NCBI GenBank assembly: GCA_019358915.1 | Contig: JAHHIM010000010.1 | Coordinates: 79,297-143,296, forward strand | Origin: Trichormus sp. ATA11-4-KO1 | GTDB lineage: Bacteria; Cyanobacteriota; Cyanobacteriia; Cyanobacteriales; Nostocaceae | Direction of reading: 5' to 3' | Length of the DNA: 64,000 bases | In this document: positions 60,749-64,000 of the stretch, piece after piece | Layout: the number at the start of each line of letters is the position of its first letter | Numbering within the stretch: the stretch's first letter is position 1 | Program-made: the position numbers and the translations under genes | The notes under the pieces: generated by a model | Told to the model about the DNA's origin: nothing | Seen by the model: only the letters and a program-made list of their open reading frames with translations | Databases searched by the model: none

Positions 60749-61567
60749 TTAGGTCTCATTAATTAAAAATCCCCTCACAGTTTGCACAAATTCTTCAGTA
60801 TTTTCTAAGTGAATATTATGCCCAGCATGATTAACCACTTTTAGCTGGGCATGTTTACATATTTTAGCCATTTCTGTATTAATATCTATAAATTTTTTGT
60901 CATACTCCCCAGCTAATAAGAATATAGGCTGGGTATTTGCCTTTAGTTCTTTCCATAAAGAAGGTTGATTACCAATCCCTATGAATTGCAGTGATTTAAT
61001 TAATTCTAGAGGATGATTTGTTAAGCGATTTTTTAGCATTATGTCAAATTTAGGATGGTTTTTTATTGAGCCAAAAATTAGCTGCTTATACCAGTTTTTT
61101 AAAAAAACAGCAAAATCTTCTTTAGCAACACTTCGTGCTAATCTCCTGGCTATTTGAGCATCATGTTTAACTCTTTCTAATCGTTCTATTTCTGTTGATA
61201 AACCAGGGGAAGCTGATTCTAGGACAACTTTAGTAAAACGCTTGGGAAAATGTATGGTGAGATATAATGCTAATCTTCCACCCATCGAGTAACCAATCAA
61301 AAAGCATTGAGTAATTTTTAACTCATCTAATAATTGAATTATGGCATTAGCAGTATTTGCCATTGTATAATATTTGTCTCCGCCTAAGACTTGAGTTTTT
61401 CCATGTCCAGGAAGATCAATAATTAGAAAAGAAAATTCCTCAGCTAGTAATTCTCTTGCTTCATCAAATTCATTAATATTACCCATGAAGCCATGCAAGA
61501 AAAGAATTAGTGGTTTATTTGGGGTTTTAATTAAAGAATAATGAAGGTTATAAGCTTTAATAGACAT
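60749..61567 (-). CDS. menH: SHCHC synthase (alpha/beta hydrolase)
   Basis: FLHGFMG, DLPGHG, GYSMGGRLAL, LESASPGL, GEYDKKF, AGHNIH. Confidence 0.85.
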   Translation of the reverse strand: MSIKAYNLHYSLIKTPNKPLILFLHGFMGNINEFDEARELLAEEFSFLIIDLPGHGKTQVLGGDKYYTMANTANAIIQLLDELKITQCFLIGYSMGGRLALYLTIHFPKRFTKVVLESASPGLSTEIERLERVKHDAQIARRLARSVAKEDFAVFLKNWYKQLIFGSIKNHPKFDIMLKNRLTNHPLELIKSLQFIGIGNQPSLWKELKANTQPIFLLAGEYDKKFIDINTEMAKICKHAQLKVVNHAGHNIHLENTEEFVQTVRGFLINET

Positions 61568-61713
61568 ATATTTTTTTAACATAAAGCGGAGTCCCCAATT
61601 AGCCGGCTTTACCGACTTGTAGCGACTACCGCCACAGAGGTTCAAGTAAAGGGGTGCAGAAGCGTAAGGAAAGATTTGAGTTTTGTGTTGGCAGAACTTG
61701 GGATAATATCCCA

Positions 61714-63372
61714 TCAAATTCCATGACTTTTGCCAATCACCCAATTACGCCGGAAAAATCTAGCTAAAGCTGATTCTTCCAACGATAAATAAATGGGGCG
61801 ACCATGAGGACAAGTGCGGGGGTTACGAGTGCGTTGCCATTGATCCAAAAGCGTCTGCATTTCTTGCATATTCATGGGTGTACCATTACGAATAGCACTG
61901 CGACAAGCGACAGCTACTTGGGCTATTTGTAAATCACCTCCCCAACTCAGTTCTAGAATTGCGTCTGCACAATCATCTCTCTGCTGCAAAAGTGCAGGTA
62001 CGCTGCGAATTGCCCAAAGTTGTTCACCAAAGGATTCTATATCTAAACCAATTCTTTGCAGTTGTGATACCTGCGCTGGTGACAATTGATAAAGAATGAT
62101 TGGCGGTTCAACTGGGATAAGTTGCCAATTATCACAGATTTGCTCATACAAAACTCGTTCATGGGCAATGTGTTGTTCCACCAACCACATACCATTTGGA
62201 TGTTCAGCCACAATATAGGTATTGCTAAGTTGAGCAATAGCTTTTAATGAGTGCTGAGTATTGTTTCCTTCATGAGGATTTTCAGGGTGAAGATTGTAAC
62301 CACCTTTGGCTTCTGCCGCTTTGAGTAATTTACTAACTCGCGTCGTGTGGACAGATTCTTTCAGATTGGCAGAACTCATGCGGAGTGCTTGGTCAATTGC
62401 TTGGGTAATTTGTTCTTGCCAATAACCGATTTCATTGAGGTAAATTTCTGTTTTGGCGGGATTACGATTCCAGTTAATTTGATCAGGGGAAACGGCAAGA
62501 TGTAATAAACAAACAGGATAGTGATCGCGTGGTAATGTTCTGTGAAATGCTGCTAAGATTGTTTGCTCTAATTCCGGCGATTTCACCATGCGGCCGTTAA
62601 TTGCTACCCGCACCCAGTCTGGACGACGGCGATGACAACGATCAGGTAAGCCTATTACTAAACTAAGTACTGAGTGGGTAGTAGTGAGGTTTAGCTTGAC
62701 TTCTTGTAAGTCACCCTGTCGCACTTGGGGAAGAATTTGCGGTAGGAGTTGTCCAGTTGTGGTGGCGGGAGAGATGGTGAACCATTGGCGGTCATTTTGC
62801 CAAACCTGCCAAGTGACATGGGGATGACATAAGGCCATTTGTTGAATTGCTACTTGCACACCCCTCATTTGCTGTGCGGCTGTGGGTAACCCCTGACGAC
62901 GAGCTGCACAGTGACCAAACAGATTCGAGACTGTGACTACTGTACCAGGTGCGATCGCAGCTGCTTCAACTTGCATCGCTTGGCCGCCGTCACCATAAAC
63001 AACCCGCCAGCCGACATTTCCTCCCGGTGGACGACTCAAAATTTCCAAATTTGCTAGCGTTGTCAAACTGTGCAACGCTTCACCACGAAACCCCAAACTT
63101 TTAATTTTCCACAAATCATCACTAGAACGAATTTTACTGGTGCTGTGGGCGGTGGCTGCTTGTTGCAAATCATATTCGTCCATTCCGCAACCGTTATCGG
63201 CGACACGAACGCGCCACTGCTGCGGCCAAAGAGAAATAACAATCCTGGTTGCACCCGCATCTAGGGAATTTTCCACCAATTCCCGCACCACAGACGCGAA
63301 AGAGTCGATTACCTCTCCAGCTGTAATGAGATATACGACTTCTGTTGGTAAAGCTTGAATAGTAGATGCCAT
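61714..63372 (-). CDS. mutL: DNA mismatch repair endonuclease MutL
   Basis: ELVENSLDAGA, HSTSK, GFRGEAL, EQHIAHER, ACRSA, CPHGRP. Confidence 0.96.
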   Translation of the reverse strand: MASTIQALPTEVVYLITAGEVIDSFASVVRELVENSLDAGATRIVISLWPQQWRVRVADNGCGMDEYDLQQAATAHSTSKIRSSDDLWKIKSLGFRGEALHSLTTLANLEILSRPPGGNVGWRVVYGDGGQAMQVEAAAIAPGTVVTVSNLFGHCAARRQGLPTAAQQMRGVQVAIQQMALCHPHVTWQVWQNDRQWFTISPATTTGQLLPQILPQVRQGDLQEVKLNLTTTHSVLSLVIGLPDRCHRRRPDWVRVAINGRMVKSPELEQTILAAFHRTLPRDHYPVCLLHLAVSPDQINWNRNPAKTEIYLNEIGYWQEQITQAIDQALRMSSANLKESVHTTRVSKLLKAAEAKGGYNLHPENPHEGNNTQHSLKAIAQLSNTYIVAEHPNGMWLVEQHIAHERVLYEQICDNWQLIPVEPPIILYQLSPAQVSQLQRIGLDIESFGEQLWAIRSVPALLQQRDDCADAILELSWGGDLQIAQVAVACRSAIRNGTPMNMQEMQTLLDQWQRTRNPRTCPHGRPIYLSLEESALARFFRRNWVIGKSHGI

Positions 63373-63521
63373 AAATTACAGTTTAGGCGAGTAGCCAACC
63401 ACTGAATAGAATAAGCATTTTTATTTACACTTCCACAGAATTTTTGATTAATTGTAAAGAAAGCCGGATCTCAAGACTATTCTTGATAAATTGCTGGTGA
63501 GGTTATCAGCGAGAAAAGTTT

Positions 63522-63857
63522 ATGAATAGTGATTTAGTCGCCGATGTTCATGATCTCAAGTTTCGTCTGGAATGGGGACAACCAGCATTTACAATCATAG
63601 ATGTGCGCGATCGCCACACCTACAATCGCGGTCATATTACAGGGTCCATCCAAATCCCCCTAGATGAACTCGTAAAACGCGCTAAACTTTTCCTGCATAT
63701 AGAACGCCAGATATATATTTATGGCGACAACGACGCCCAAGCCACCCACGCAGCCCAAAAGCTAAGGGAAGCCGGTTTTACTAACGCCACGGAAATCAAA
63801 GGCGGTCTGACAGCCTGGAAAACAGTTGGTGGTGCCACAGAAGGCATAGCTGCCTAA
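63522..63857 (+). CDS. Rhodanese-like domain protein
   Basis: IIDVR...Y..GHITGS, IKGGLTAW. Confidence 0.88.
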   Translation: MNSDLVADVHDLKFRLEWGQPAFTIIDVRDRHTYNRGHITGSIQIPLDELVKRAKLFLHIERQIYIYGDNDAQATHAAQKLREAGFTNATEIKGGLTAWKTVGGATEGIAA

Positions 63858-64000
63858 AACTCACCTGGAAGACTTACAACCCACCTTCCGCACCCCCAAG
63901 TGTCACAAACGGAAATTACTGAGAGAAAAAAAGCAAGCAGGAATAAAAACAGACATATTTAGAAAAAAAAGGGGTTTGAGCAGCCATGAATCACCACAAA

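Noticed and set aside
61568..61744. N-terminal extension of MenH
   Set aside because: It overlaps the mutL end and repeat-like DNA; the hydrolase fold starts near MSIKAY.
63987..64000. ATG at the right edge
   Set aside because: Only four codons are visible, so it cannot be called.

Overview
Chromosomal window from a filamentous, probably heterocyst-forming (Nostocales-type) cyanobacterium, judged by abundant HIP1 octamers (GCGATCGC), STRR heptamer repeats and genes such as psaD, ndhD and ftrV. Most of it is housekeeping: xfp, ndhD2, thrB, thrS, a glycogen-debranching enzyme, a DICT histidine kinase, psaD, trpE, purQ/purS, zur, SPFH/NfeD, PP2C, ftrV, rplY, purA, adenosine deaminase, phoD, purK followed by 6S RNA, an M16 peptidase pair, menH and mutL. 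Many small accessory inserts are scattered through it. Main points: (1) a merR-merF-Cys-rich Fe-S protein mini-operon with its own MerR-type promoter has the boundaries of an integron gene cassette (canonical attC at 17554-17640, complementary core at 16291), with no integrase and no merA in the window; (2) a RelE/ParE toxin-antitoxin module is flanked by a 58-bp duplication of the thrS 3' end that stops at a HIP1 site; (3) an eCIS-type (Afp15-like) AAA ATPase runs off the left edge; (4) several TA loci and IS/MITE elements are decayed, and repeats have rewritten protein ends (SAEC* tails, an in-frame insert in CbiG). All calls come from reading the sequence by eye; no database search was run.
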